Shown: one piece after another, positions 38,643 to 47,770 of the stretch
How the letters are laid out: each line of letters starts with the position of its first letter
Position numbering within the stretch: the first letter of the stretch is position 1
Assembly (NCBI GenBank): GCA_030747605.1
Contig: JASLKL010000001.1
Location: forward strand, 12,500-64,784
Reading direction: 5' to 3'
DNA: 52,285 nucleotides
Source: Verrucomicrobiota bacterium
Lineage (GTDB): Bacteria; Verrucomicrobiota; Verrucomicrobiia; Limisphaerales; UBA1096
Made by a program: the position numbers and the translations under genes
The notes under the pieces: model-generated
The model's database searches: none
The model's input: the letters and a program-made list of their open reading frames with translations, nothing else
Told to the model about the DNA's origin: nothing

Positions 38643-39364
38643 GCAGCCTGAGACTTCACCCACTCAACAACTTTGTTAACCATTACCTGTAAAGATTCGT
38701 TGCTGAAAACATGATCGGCTCCGGCAATTTCAAAAAACTCTGGATTGTTTGTGGCCTTGGAAATAATGTCATTTGTATCATCTATCGGCACAACATCATC
38801 CTCAGTTCCATGCACTAATAACCACGGCACACTTATTTGTGCTCCCAAGTCTACAAGTGTATTCAATTTTGCCATATCATTCATATAATTACTGGAAAGA
38901 GGGCAACTTTCCTCTTCCCACATACAACCTTGATCTGGAGTTACTTCCCCAAATTCTCGTTGTGCGAACTCCTGTGTATGCACCATACCAGCCAACGATA
39001 ATAAGACATTAATCCTAGAATCATCACTGGCACGTTTAACCCCAACTGCACCACCCATACTATGCCCAATATAACAAATTTTCCGATCTCCCACAGCGTC
39101 AATCACACTTCCCAAATCCTCGGTTTCCTTGGAAATAGTACAATCAGCAAAAGAGCCTTCAGAGCCTCCGTTCCCAGTAAATGAAATCCGCAAAGTTGGA
39201 ATACCAGCCATCTCTAAACCTTTGGCTAATGCCAAAATAAAGGGACGATCCTTATTGCCAGTAACCCCGTGCCCAATGATAACAATGAAATCAGAACGCT
39301 CATTTCCAGCATGTAATGAGTAATCGATCTTTTCTCCTTCTTTATTTCTTATTTCTCCAAACAT
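38639..39364 (-). CDS. alpha/beta hydrolase
   Basis: Nucleophile elbow GHSMGG, HGTEDDVVP and a C-terminal DH context; 241 aa. Confidence 0.65.
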   Translation of the reverse strand: MFGEIRNKEGEKIDYSLHAGNERSDFIVIIGHGVTGNKDRPFILALAKGLEMAGIPTLRISFTGNGGSEGSFADCTISKETEDLGSVIDAVGDRKICYIGHSMGGAVGVKRASDDSRINVLLSLAGMVHTQEFAQREFGEVTPDQGCMWEEESCPLSSNYMNDMAKLNTLVDLGAQISVPWLLVHGTEDDVVPIDDTNDIISKATNNPEFFEIAGADHVFSNESLQVMVNKVVEWVKSQAA

Positions 39365-39466
39365 ATATCAGTTGGAATACCAGCCCATTAACCACTTGGC
39401 CAGTTTCAAGTGCTTCTAAGTAAGCCCTTCTTGTGTCTGTTCAACAGCTTTGACACACTCTTTGGC

Positions 39467-41173
39467 GTGAAGTCTAAGGCTAAAGAAAACAAAAAAAAAC
39501 GTTTAGTCTTGGGTATCGACTTTGGAACTCTATCTGGTCGTGCCCTGCTAGTAGACGCCGATACTGGCGAAGAAGTTGCTTGGGTAGATCATCCATATAA
39601 GAATGCAGTAATCGAAAAGAAACTTCCAAATAGCAAAAAGCGATTAAAGCCTCAAACTGCCTTACAGGATCCAGCAGATTATATCGCCGTTCTCACTCAG
39701 GCGGTCCCAAAAGTCATGCGGTTAGCTAAAGTCCGACCTGAACAAGTACTTGGCATCGGTACAGATTTCACTAGTTGCACCATGCTGCCAACCTTGGCTA
39801 ATGGAACACCTCTATGTTCTCAAAAAAAATGGCGTAATAATCCTCATTCATGGGTTAAATTATGGAAGCACCATGCCGCGCAGCCTGAAGCAAACGATAT
39901 TAATAGAATAGGGCTTAAGCGAAGTGAAAAATTTATCACAGCTTATGGAGGCAAGTATTCAAGTGAATGGTTTTTCTCAAAACTGCTAGAAACAGTTCGT
40001 GAAGCACCGAAAGTTTATGCCGCAGCTGAACGATTCATCGAAGCGGGGGATTGGCTTGTTTGGCAGTTAACAGGCCAAGAAAAAAGATGTTTATCCGCCG
40101 CTGGATTTAAGGCTATGCGGGTCTCACGTACAGAGAACAAAAGAGAATGGACCTATCCAACTAAGTCGTTCTTCAAGTCACTTAATCCGCGATTGACCAA
40201 CGTGATCTCCGAGAAAATGGAGAGTGAGATAATATCTCTTGGAAGCAATGCCGGTGGGTTAACCGAGAAAATGGCAAAATTGACAGGACTACTACCGGGT
40301 ACTCCTGTTGCAGCAGCCAACATAGACGCACACGCAGCCGTTCCCGCCTGTACAGTTACTGAAGCCGGAAAACTAGTCATGATCATGGGAACGAGCACTT
40401 GCCACCTTCTAGCTGCTAAAAAAGGAAAACCAGTTGAAGGCGTTTGCGGTATCGTCAAAAATGGAGTTATTCCAGGGCTTTGGGGCTATGAAGCTGGCCA
40501 ATCAGGCGTTGGGGATGTATTCGCTTGGTTCATACAAAACGGAGTCCCGAATGAGATAAGTATGGCAGCCAAGAGGGCTGGCATAGATATTTATCAATAT
40601 CTGGAACAACAGGCGGCTCAGTTGATACCTGCTGAAAGTGGACTACTCGCTTTAGACTGGTGGAACGGCAATCGCTCTGTATTGGTTGATTCCGACCTAA
40701 GCGGCTTGCTTATAGGACAAACTTTAGCAACCCAACCTCATGAGATTTATAGAGCCCTACTCGAAGCTACGGCATTTGGTACCCGGCAAATTATTGAAGC
40801 ATTCACTTCACAAGGAGTTATTATCGATGAATTGATCGCTTGCGGTGGATTAGCTGTGAAAAATCCATTAATGCTACAAATATACTCTGATGTAACAGGA
40901 CGCCCCATCAAAGTTGCAGCAAGTGATCAAGCTAGTGCTCTTGGTGCAGCCATGTATGGCGCTGTTGCAGCTAACGTGCATTCAGACATTACCCAAGCTT
41001 CCCGAAAGATGGCAAAAGTACGGAAGAAAGTCTACCAACCCAAGGCAGCCTATAAAAAAGTATATGATCAATTATTTTCTGAATACACCAAATTACACGA
41101 TCAATTTGGACGAGATCCAAATAGCACCATGAAAGTTCTCAAATCCTTGAAAAACAAAGTTCTTGGCCTTTAA
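39467..41173 (+). CDS. araB: ribulokinase (FGGY carbohydrate kinase family)
   Basis: LGIDFGTLSGRALLVD at the N-terminus and FGGY C-terminal motifs (ACGGLAVKNPLMLQIYSDV). The start is taken at GTG 39467 (MKSKAKENKKKRLVLGIDFG), because the track start at 39410 adds a non-conserved-looking leader. Confidence 0.75.
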   Translation: MKSKAKENKKKRLVLGIDFGTLSGRALLVDADTGEEVAWVDHPYKNAVIEKKLPNSKKRLKPQTALQDPADYIAVLTQAVPKVMRLAKVRPEQVLGIGTDFTSCTMLPTLANGTPLCSQKKWRNNPHSWVKLWKHHAAQPEANDINRIGLKRSEKFITAYGGKYSSEWFFSKLLETVREAPKVYAAAERFIEAGDWLVWQLTGQEKRCLSAAGFKAMRVSRTENKREWTYPTKSFFKSLNPRLTNVISEKMESEIISLGSNAGGLTEKMAKLTGLLPGTPVAAANIDAHAAVPACTVTEAGKLVMIMGTSTCHLLAAKKGKPVEGVCGIVKNGVIPGLWGYEAGQSGVGDVFAWFIQNGVPNEISMAAKRAGIDIYQYLEQQAAQLIPAESGLLALDWWNGNRSVLVDSDLSGLLIGQTLATQPHEIYRALLEATAFGTRQIIEAFTSQGVIIDELIACGGLAVKNPLMLQIYSDVTGRPIKVAASDQASALGAAMYGAVAANVHSDITQASRKMAKVRKKVYQPKAAYKKVYDQLFSEYTKLHDQFGRDPNSTMKVLKSLKNKVLGL

Positions 41174-41188
41174 TATAAAGTAACCACG

Positions 41189-41845
41189 GTGCTCAAGGAT
41201 CAAATCAAAGCTATCATCTTCGATATGGATGGGGTCATTGTCGATAGCGAACCTCTTCACAAAGAATCATTCTTACAAGTTTGGAAAAATTTAGGATATG
41301 GCAATAACCACGGGATTAATTTCCCAGACTTTTATGGGACTTCTGATCGTACTGTATGGAAGGCATTCATTGATAAGCATCGACCAAAAATGCACATCGA
41401 TGAGTTAATGTTACTTCGTGAACAACGTCTTATTGAATTACTTCGTGATAAAAAACCTATATTTGATGGCGTCTTACCCTTGATTCAGCACTTAGCCTCT
41501 TATTGTCCAATTGGATTAGCTACCGGTTCCGTTCATCATATTATTGATGAAGTATTAAAAATGGAGGAGTTACGGCAATACTTTAGATGTATTGTCAGCT
41601 CAGAAGATGTATCCATGCCTAAACCATCACCTGAAATATTTTTGCTAGCATCCAAACAATTAAATATTGAAGCAAAATATTGCTGCGTGATTGAAGACAC
41701 TATTAATGGAGTCAAAGCTGGTAAAGCCGCTGGAATGAAGGTTGTAGCTATCACAAACACTTTCTCAATCGAGCAACTTACCAAATCTGGAGCCGACCTA
41801 GTTTGCCAAAGTTACACTGAAATAACCAAAAATCTTTCCTTCTAA
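41189..41845 (+). CDS. HAD-IA family hydrolase (beta-phosphoglucomutase-like)
   Basis: IIFDMDGVIVDSEP motif I, GLATGS motif II and a KP...EDT..G motif III region. GTG start. Confidence 0.75.
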   Translation: MLKDQIKAIIFDMDGVIVDSEPLHKESFLQVWKNLGYGNNHGINFPDFYGTSDRTVWKAFIDKHRPKMHIDELMLLREQRLIELLRDKKPIFDGVLPLIQHLASYCPIGLATGSVHHIIDEVLKMEELRQYFRCIVSSEDVSMPKPSPEIFLLASKQLNIEAKYCCVIEDTINGVKAGKAAGMKVVAITNTFSIEQLTKSGADLVCQSYTEITKNLSF

Positions 41846-41955
41846 GTTTTTGAATCCATTAACTTTACTAACACAAATTTCACACTTTTTTAACTTCTCT
41901 TTGATTATTGGACAAACTTTTCACAAGTATCCTTAAAATTAGGAGGGAGCAGTAT

Positions 41956-42164
41956 TTAAAATTTAAACCAATCAGAAGTCGGTATAATATTCAGCAGAAT
42001 TAATATGCCAGTCACTATAACCAAAGTGCCGGAAATAAAGTATAGCCACTTATAGAATGCTGCATTCCATTCTTTTATCTTTCGATTGACGGCCCGATAA
42101 CTATTCCCTTAGTTCCTATTAATATAGGAACTAAGCCAAGTATAATTATTAGACACGCTAGCAT
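41956..42164 (-). pseudogene. possible frameshifted small two-TM membrane protein gene
   Basis: Frame A (42164..42075) reads MLACLIIILGLVPILIGTKGIVIGPSIER*. The -1 frame is open from 42108 to 41956 and reads GNSYRAVNRKIKEWNAAFYKWLYFISGTLVIVTGILILLNIIPTSDWFKF*, but has no start codon. The frames meet at a GGG run (CCC at 42106-08 on the plus strand). Confidence 0.2.
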
Positions 42165-42192
42165 CGATTCATTCAAAAGTTCTTCAGTCCAA

Positions 42193-42219
42193 TAAAAAAG
42201 CCGCCCTTTCGGGCGGCTT
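42193..42219 (-). terminator. rho-independent terminator of the PEP-CTERM cassette
   Basis: On the minus strand the sequence is AAGCCGCCC-GAAA-GGGCGGCTT followed by a T run (TTTTTTA). This is a 7-9 bp GC-rich stem with a GNRA loop, 21 nt after the stop at 42241. Confidence 0.8.
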
Positions 42220-42240
42220 AATGAGAACACACCAACTAAT

Positions 42241-42756
42241 TTATTTGCGACGACGGACAAAGAATGCCGCCAATCCCAAAACAGCCAGAGCGATGGTACC
42301 TGGTTCAGGAACCACTGTTAGGCTGAAAGATTCCAAACCTGCCAAGTCAGCTGGAAGACCAGGAGGGCTTGCTAGAGAATTACCAGGTGTAAGCCCAATT
42401 ACATTAGACATACCTGTTTCTGCACCGTTAGTGCCAGAGGCTGCATCAAAAGAATCAGCTCCCTTCCAAGCCTTAACCTGAAAGAAACCTGCGCCATTGA
42501 ATCCAACATCAACAACACCACCCTTGAAGTAACCCGCTTTAGTGCCTTCATAGAAAGCTACAGGAGCTCCCACAGCAGAAAGACTGTCAGCAGAAGTACC
42601 AGCATAAAGCTGAGCCCATGCTCCTTCTAATTTTGCGCCAGCAGCATCTGAGATGATCTGCTTAGATGGCTTCATGTTGGTGAAGTTAATTGTACCCTGC
42701 GCGAACGCTGAGGTAGCAATCACTGTGCACGCTAATAATGCTACTAATTTTTTCAT
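42241..42756 (-). CDS. PEP-CTERM sorting-domain protein (small secreted/anchored)
   Basis: Signal peptide MKKLVALLACTVIATSAFA. C-terminal VPEPGTIALAVLGLAAFFVRRRK, i.e. PEP motif plus TM helix plus basic tail. Confidence 0.85.
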   Translation of the reverse strand: MKKLVALLACTVIATSAFAQGTINFTNMKPSKQIISDAAGAKLEGAWAQLYAGTSADSLSAVGAPVAFYEGTKAGYFKGGVVDVGFNGAGFFQVKAWKGADSFDAASGTNGAETGMSNVIGLTPGNSLASPPGLPADLAGLESFSLTVVPEPGTIALAVLGLAAFFVRRRK

Positions 42757-42815
42757 TTTTCTTGGTTTGGTTGGTATATTACCAGAAATTATTATTATTT
42801 TAATTATACTAGCAA

Positions 42816-43454
42816 TTATTCGCTAGTGCTGAATGAACGAGTCCAGTTAGTTGCTGATTCACGCAATACCCAGAATCCTTCTGCTACACCTACAACCGGA
42901 CCTGCGCCGTCATCTGTGTCCCACTCTTCAAAATCAGCATCGTATGCGCTAATGCTATAACCTGCTGCTCCGAACTGATAAACAGTTACTGCTTCGTCTG
43001 TTGGGAAACCTAGATCTACATCCAATTTACCAGACTGTGGAACCTGCGAGCTGCGAATTGAGAAGCCCTTTGGTAGTGCGTTGCTTAGGTCACCTTGTGG
43101 TACTTCGCCAACAAAAGTAACGTTTGATGCTTCACCAGAGTTAAGAACGAAGAAGCCTTCGCCTGGACTAATAGTGTCATCACCATTATCCCACTCTTCG
43201 AAATCTGCATCATAAGAGTTGATTGAGAATCCGGCATCACCAAAGCGATAAACAGTTAGTGAACCAGGATTTGCGCCGAATACATCAGCTACCTTGTTGT
43301 CACCGTTGTTTAGAGGATTGGCAACGATCGAAAAACCGGCCGGAATGCTCTTGTTTACATAACCTACCGCGTTAACTGAATACACCTGAGCCTGAGCTGC
43401 GGTGAATCCTAACGCGCCGACGAATGCTGTTAATAGTAGTGTTTTAGTTCTCAT
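42816..43454 (-). CDS. secreted protein of unknown function with an internal ~90-aa duplication
   Basis: Signal peptide MRTKTLLLTAFVGALGFTAAQA. Two repeats share (I/L)P.GFSI ... TVY(R/Q)FG.AG(F/Y)SI..YDADFEEWD ... EGF(F/W)VL at aa 67-89 and 157-179. No anchor motif. Confidence 0.6.
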   Translation of the reverse strand: MRTKTLLLTAFVGALGFTAAQAQVYSVNAVGYVNKSIPAGFSIVANPLNNGDNKVADVFGANPGSLTVYRFGDAGFSINSYDADFEEWDNGDDTISPGEGFFVLNSGEASNVTFVGEVPQGDLSNALPKGFSIRSSQVPQSGKLDVDLGFPTDEAVTVYQFGAAGYSISAYDADFEEWDTDDGAGPVVGVAEGFWVLRESATNWTRSFSTSE

Positions 43455-43618
43455 TTAACTAGAAAGGTTTCCGTATGCGCCGCCAAAGTGTCAGATTCGA
43501 ACAATGTCGTCAACCCCTTTTTCGGGTATTTCCGTTTTTTTTTGAACGCACCTGTTACTGACTGCACAGAGCCCTTTTATCCTATAAATTTTGCTCAATT
43601 ACAATTTCAAAGGGCATT

Positions 43619-43924
43619 CTACATTCTGTTTTTAGCTATTTTTTCGATTTCTTGAGCCAAATCTACATCCTTTTGTGTGATTTTATTACCGTCATCATGA
43701 GTTGTAAGATCGATTAGCACCCTATTGTAAACATTAAATAACTCCGGATGGTGGTTTGCTTTTTCACATGCAAAGGCCATTTCCGCTATAAATCCTATGG
43801 CTTCAACGAAACTCTTAAATCTGTATTCTCGCCTAATTTTGTCCTCAGCAAAGGTCCAATCTGGTAAATCCGCCAAAGCTCCCTTTATTTGTTCTCCTGT
43901 AAATATAGTACTCATCATTTTCAA
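43619..43924 (-). CDS. 4a-hydroxytetrahydrobiopterin (pterin-4-alpha-carbinolamine) dehydratase
   Basis: 101 aa with the HHPELFNVYNRVLIDLTTHD motif typical of PCD/DCoH. Confidence 0.85.
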   Translation of the reverse strand: MKMMSTIFTGEQIKGALADLPDWTFAEDKIRREYRFKSFVEAIGFIAEMAFACEKANHHPELFNVYNRVLIDLTTHDDGNKITQKDVDLAQEIEKIAKNRM

Positions 43925-44032
43925 AAGGAATGATTTTCTCGCATCAATACTTTTTTTTCAACATTCATAATACTTATCTCACCTTTCATTGACTTTCACT
44001 TAATCAAGCGGCAAAGCTTTGGGCCGTTATTA

Positions 44033-44054
44033 TTTGGTAAAATAATTTACCAAA
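44033..44054. promoter_or_regulatory. inverted repeat TTTGGTAAA-ATAA-TTTACCAAA upstream of the peptide-transporter binding-protein gene (candidate operator)
   Basis: Perfect 9-bp arms with a 4-bp spacer, ending 28 nt before the ATG at 44083. It overlaps a TATTAT -10-like hexamer (44028-33) by one base. Confidence 0.3.
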
Positions 44055-44082
44055 AGAAATCAGTTCAAATATTTCTCAAATA

Positions 44083-45714
44083 ATGATTTATCGAATGATT
44101 ACCGGGGCTTCGATTGGCCTCATGTCACTTATCTTGGTTGGATGCGGCTCAGGAGAAAACAACGGTGACTCTAGCGAAGAACGAAAAATCCTCAAAATTA
44201 CTGTAGGCGCCGAACCAGAGGACATCGACCCTCATGTTGTTACCGGTGTCCCGGAACACCATATAATTGCAGCACTGACAGAAGGCTTGGTTGCAGAGGA
44301 TCCGCTTGATCTTCACCCCGTACCGGGAGTTGCTGAAAAGTGGGAAGTGTCTGAAGATGGGAAAGTTTACACATTTCAAATTCGTGAAAATGCAAAGTGG
44401 TCCAATGGTGACCTGGTAACTGCAAGTGACTTTACAAAATCATATAAACGAATCCTAACACCCGCCCTTGCTTCAAAATACGCTTACATGCTCTTTGTAA
44501 TGGAAGGGGCAGAGGCTTACAGCACTGGCAAGTTGAAGGATTTTTCCAAAGTTGGAGTTAAGGCAATTAATAATCGGACGCTTCAGATTAATCTAAATGC
44601 ACCTACCCCTTACTTTCTTTCATTGCTCAATCATTACACTTGGTTTCCGGTTCACATTGCTACCGTCGAAAAATATGATGGCTTGACTAAGCGAGGTAGT
44701 GGCTGGACCAAACCAGAGAACTTTGTTGGCAATGGCCCCTTCATTCTAAAATCTTGGCAATTAGGTCGAAAATTGGTTGTAGAAAAAAGTTCCACCTACT
44801 GGGATGCAAAATCAACCAAACTAGATGAGATTCACTTTTTCGCTATTGAGTTAGAGACAACTCAAGAAAATGCTTTTCGCGCTGGACAGCTCCACAACAT
44901 ATACAATCTGCACATAGACAAGGTCGCCACCTACAAAAAAGAACACGCCGATGAATTGCGTATCAAGCCTCATTTAGCCTCTTATTTTTATCGATTTAAT
45001 GTGAACAAGAAACCTTGCGATGATGTGCGAATTCGCAAAGCACTGACTATGGCAATCGATCGTGAAAGCATCGTAAAAAATGTAACCAAAGGAGAACAGA
45101 TGGCATCAACCTTTTTTACACCACCAGGTGTAGCCGGATACACAGCCCGTGCCCGCTTCAAAGAAGACATCGGAGAAGCTCAAAAACTTTTGGCTGAAGC
45201 TGGTTACCCCAACGGGAAAGGATTCCCTTCTCTGGAACTACTCTACAACACCACCGAAGGCCACCGCATCATCGCCGAGGCTATTCAGCAAATGTGGAAA
45301 AAAAATCTAAATATCAATATAACCCTTCAGAATCAAGAATGGAAAGTGTACCTCGATCGCCAACGCGAGATGGATTACCAAATAAGCCGTGCCGGCTGGA
45401 CCGGTGATTACCCTGACCCTAATACTTTTCTGGATATGTGGACATCTTGGAGTCAGCAAAATCAAACCGGCTGGGCGGATCCAAAATACGATACATTGAT
45501 CCGAAAAGCTGCAATCACCAAGGATCCAAACGCCCGTTTAGAAGTGTTTCAAGAGGCGGAAGAAATACTAATGGATCAACTACCTATCATTCCAATCTAC
45601 ATCTATACTCGTGTGTACGCATTGCATCCCGCAGTGAAAAACTGGCATGCTAACGTACTTGATCATCACCCGTGGAAACATATTGATCTGGACTTAAGCC
45701 TGCTAAAAAAATAA
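44083..45714 (+). CDS. peptide ABC transporter substrate-binding lipoprotein (SBP family 5, OppA/DppA-like)
   Basis: Lipobox LILVGCGSG. Family-5 SBP pattern (KWSNGDLVTASDF..., GWTGDYPDPNTFL). Confidence 0.85.
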   Translation: MIYRMITGASIGLMSLILVGCGSGENNGDSSEERKILKITVGAEPEDIDPHVVTGVPEHHIIAALTEGLVAEDPLDLHPVPGVAEKWEVSEDGKVYTFQIRENAKWSNGDLVTASDFTKSYKRILTPALASKYAYMLFVMEGAEAYSTGKLKDFSKVGVKAINNRTLQINLNAPTPYFLSLLNHYTWFPVHIATVEKYDGLTKRGSGWTKPENFVGNGPFILKSWQLGRKLVVEKSSTYWDAKSTKLDEIHFFAIELETTQENAFRAGQLHNIYNLHIDKVATYKKEHADELRIKPHLASYFYRFNVNKKPCDDVRIRKALTMAIDRESIVKNVTKGEQMASTFFTPPGVAGYTARARFKEDIGEAQKLLAEAGYPNGKGFPSLELLYNTTEGHRIIAEAIQQMWKKNLNINITLQNQEWKVYLDRQREMDYQISRAGWTGDYPDPNTFLDMWTSWSQQNQTGWADPKYDTLIRKAAITKDPNARLEVFQEAEEILMDQLPIIPIYIYTRVYALHPAVKNWHANVLDHHPWKHIDLDLSLLKK

Positions 45715-45750
45715 ATCTGCGCGCATTATAACTAACTAGCGCTTTCACTT

Positions 45751-46779
45751 ATGCTCAAGTTCATCCTACGACGAATTCTCGAGACTGTTCCAGTTTTGCT
45801 TTGCGTCGCAGCAATGACATTTTTCATGTGTCGATTGGCACCAGGGGGGCCATTTGACGACGACAAGCAGGTAACTGCCGAAGTAAGGGAACAATTAAAC
45901 AAACAATTCAATCTCGATAAACCACTATATGCTCAATTCTATCAGTATTTAATCAACCTACCCAACCTGCAATCGTTCAAATATCCATCCAGAACAGTTG
46001 GCGATATTATCAGTCAGAAGTTCCCAGTTTCGGCCAAGCTGGGATTTCTTGCCATGTGCATTGCTCTTAGTATTGGAATCATGTTTGGCGTAATCGCCTC
46101 CCTTCGACCGAATTCATACATTGATTACATCCCTTCCTCTCTCGCAATGATAGGCATCTGCCTTCCAACTTTCGTGATGGGCCCGCTGCTAATATTGGTT
46201 TTCTCACTCGACACCCTGCAACTTGAGAGTTTCTTCATTAAGTTCGGCCTCATAGATTTCAAAAATTTCCTTAATGATATTGGCCTCACTTGGATTGCAG
46301 CTTTGATTGATTTTCCCTACCCGTCCATTGGCTGGGGAGGCTTCGATGGAGACTTGTTTTTCTCGAGCGACATGATCCTACCATCCCTGACACTTGGTCT
46401 TTTTTATGCCGCATATATTTCTCGGCTTACACGCGGTGGGATGCTCGATATCCTGACACAAGACTACATACGCACAGCAAAGGCAAAAGGTGCATCTGCA
46501 CCAAGAATCTTAGTGATACATGCGCTGCGCGGTGGCCTACTTCCGGTAATCAGTTTCATGGGACCGGCCGTTGCTGGATTAATCGCAGGGTCATTCGTAA
46601 TCGAAACTATCTTTAATATTCCTGGCCTTGGACAAGACTTCGTTAAAAGTGCATTCAATCGCGACTACACCTTAGTCCTAGGAGTAGTGATGTTCTACGC
46701 CACACTAATTGTCATCCTTAATTTGATAGTCGACATTCTTCAAGTTGCACTGAATCCAAAACTTAAATTTCAATCCTGA
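45751..46779 (+). CDS. peptide ABC transporter permease (OppB/DppB-like)
   Basis: N-terminus MLKFILRRILETVPVLL and an EAA-loop region, DYIRTAKAKGAS. About 35 extra residues sit in a mid-protein loop. Confidence 0.85.
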   Translation: MLKFILRRILETVPVLLCVAAMTFFMCRLAPGGPFDDDKQVTAEVREQLNKQFNLDKPLYAQFYQYLINLPNLQSFKYPSRTVGDIISQKFPVSAKLGFLAMCIALSIGIMFGVIASLRPNSYIDYIPSSLAMIGICLPTFVMGPLLILVFSLDTLQLESFFIKFGLIDFKNFLNDIGLTWIAALIDFPYPSIGWGGFDGDLFFSSDMILPSLTLGLFYAAYISRLTRGGMLDILTQDYIRTAKAKGASAPRILVIHALRGGLLPVISFMGPAVAGLIAGSFVIETIFNIPGLGQDFVKSAFNRDYTLVLGVVMFYATLIVILNLIVDILQVALNPKLKFQS

Positions 46780-46782
46780 ATT

Positions 46783-47751
46783 ATGGCCAATCCCGCTACT
46801 CAAACAAAGTCCAACGGGCTCGCACAAGTCGAGAAAGGTGAATCACTTTGGATTGGGGCCTGGTACCGGCTTCGTAAAAATAAAATGGCACTACTAGGGA
46901 GTGTATTCATTTTACTGCTAATTGGATTTTCTTTTATTGGACCGTTTTTTCTAGAAGACGATTATTACACATATCAGGAACTTGAACTGAAAATGCAGGA
47001 ACCAAGTGAAGACTATATATTGGGCACAGATCATTTGGGACGTGACCAACTAGGGCGTATAATTAAAGGCGGGCAGATTTCATTAATGGTCGGCCTTGTA
47101 GCTACTGTTGTTTCACTAACAATTGGTATCGGTTATGGAACAATTTCGGGATATTTTGGAGGCAACATCGACCGGTTTATGATGCGTATAGTAGACATCC
47201 TATACTCTCTACCATTCACCATCTTCGTAATCTTGCTTATGGTATTTGCAAAAGACTTGGGAGACTCGATTGACACTTGGGTTAAAGAACGCGGATCAAA
47301 TTTTTCAATTTCAGGCCAATGGAACATGCTTTTATTATTTGTTGCAATTGGCGCCGTCGAGTGGTTGACCATGGCAAGAATTGTCCGGGGACAAGTTTTA
47401 AGTCTTCGAAAACAGGAATTCATAGAAGCCTGCATCTCACTTGGGCTTCCAACTCATCGTATCATTTTTAGACATATGGTGCCTAATGTCCTTGGACCGG
47501 TAATCGTTTACACCACTTTGACAATACCAGCCGTAATGCTTCTCGAGGCTTTTTTAAGCTTCCTAGGCCTCGGAGTCCAACCGCCTACACCTTCTTGGGG
47601 ATTACTTATAAAAGATGGAGCAGACCGAATGAGAGAGGCGCCTTGGATGCTAATTTATCCAGGAATTATGTTTGCGCTTGCATTGTTTTCATTCAATTTT
47701 GTAGGTGATGGGTTGCGTGATGCCCTAGACCCAAAAACATCCAAAGATTAA
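46783..47751 (+). CDS. peptide ABC transporter permease (OppC/DppC-like)
   Basis: Typical N-terminus ...LWIGAWYRLRKNKMALLG and the EFIEACISLGLP EAA loop. Confidence 0.85.
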   Translation: MANPATQTKSNGLAQVEKGESLWIGAWYRLRKNKMALLGSVFILLLIGFSFIGPFFLEDDYYTYQELELKMQEPSEDYILGTDHLGRDQLGRIIKGGQISLMVGLVATVVSLTIGIGYGTISGYFGGNIDRFMMRIVDILYSLPFTIFVILLMVFAKDLGDSIDTWVKERGSNFSISGQWNMLLLFVAIGAVEWLTMARIVRGQVLSLRKQEFIEACISLGLPTHRIIFRHMVPNVLGPVIVYTTLTIPAVMLLEAFLSFLGLGVQPPTPSWGLLIKDGADRMREAPWMLIYPGIMFALALFSFNFVGDGLRDALDPKTSKD

Positions 47752-47770
47752 TCCGAAACAAGATTAGCTG

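Noticed and set aside
42075-42260. The track ORF of 61 aa on the minus strand.
   Set aside because: It starts inside the 3' end of the PEP-CTERM gene and reads straight through the intrinsic terminator hairpin. Only its last 29 codons are considered further (see the frameshift finding).
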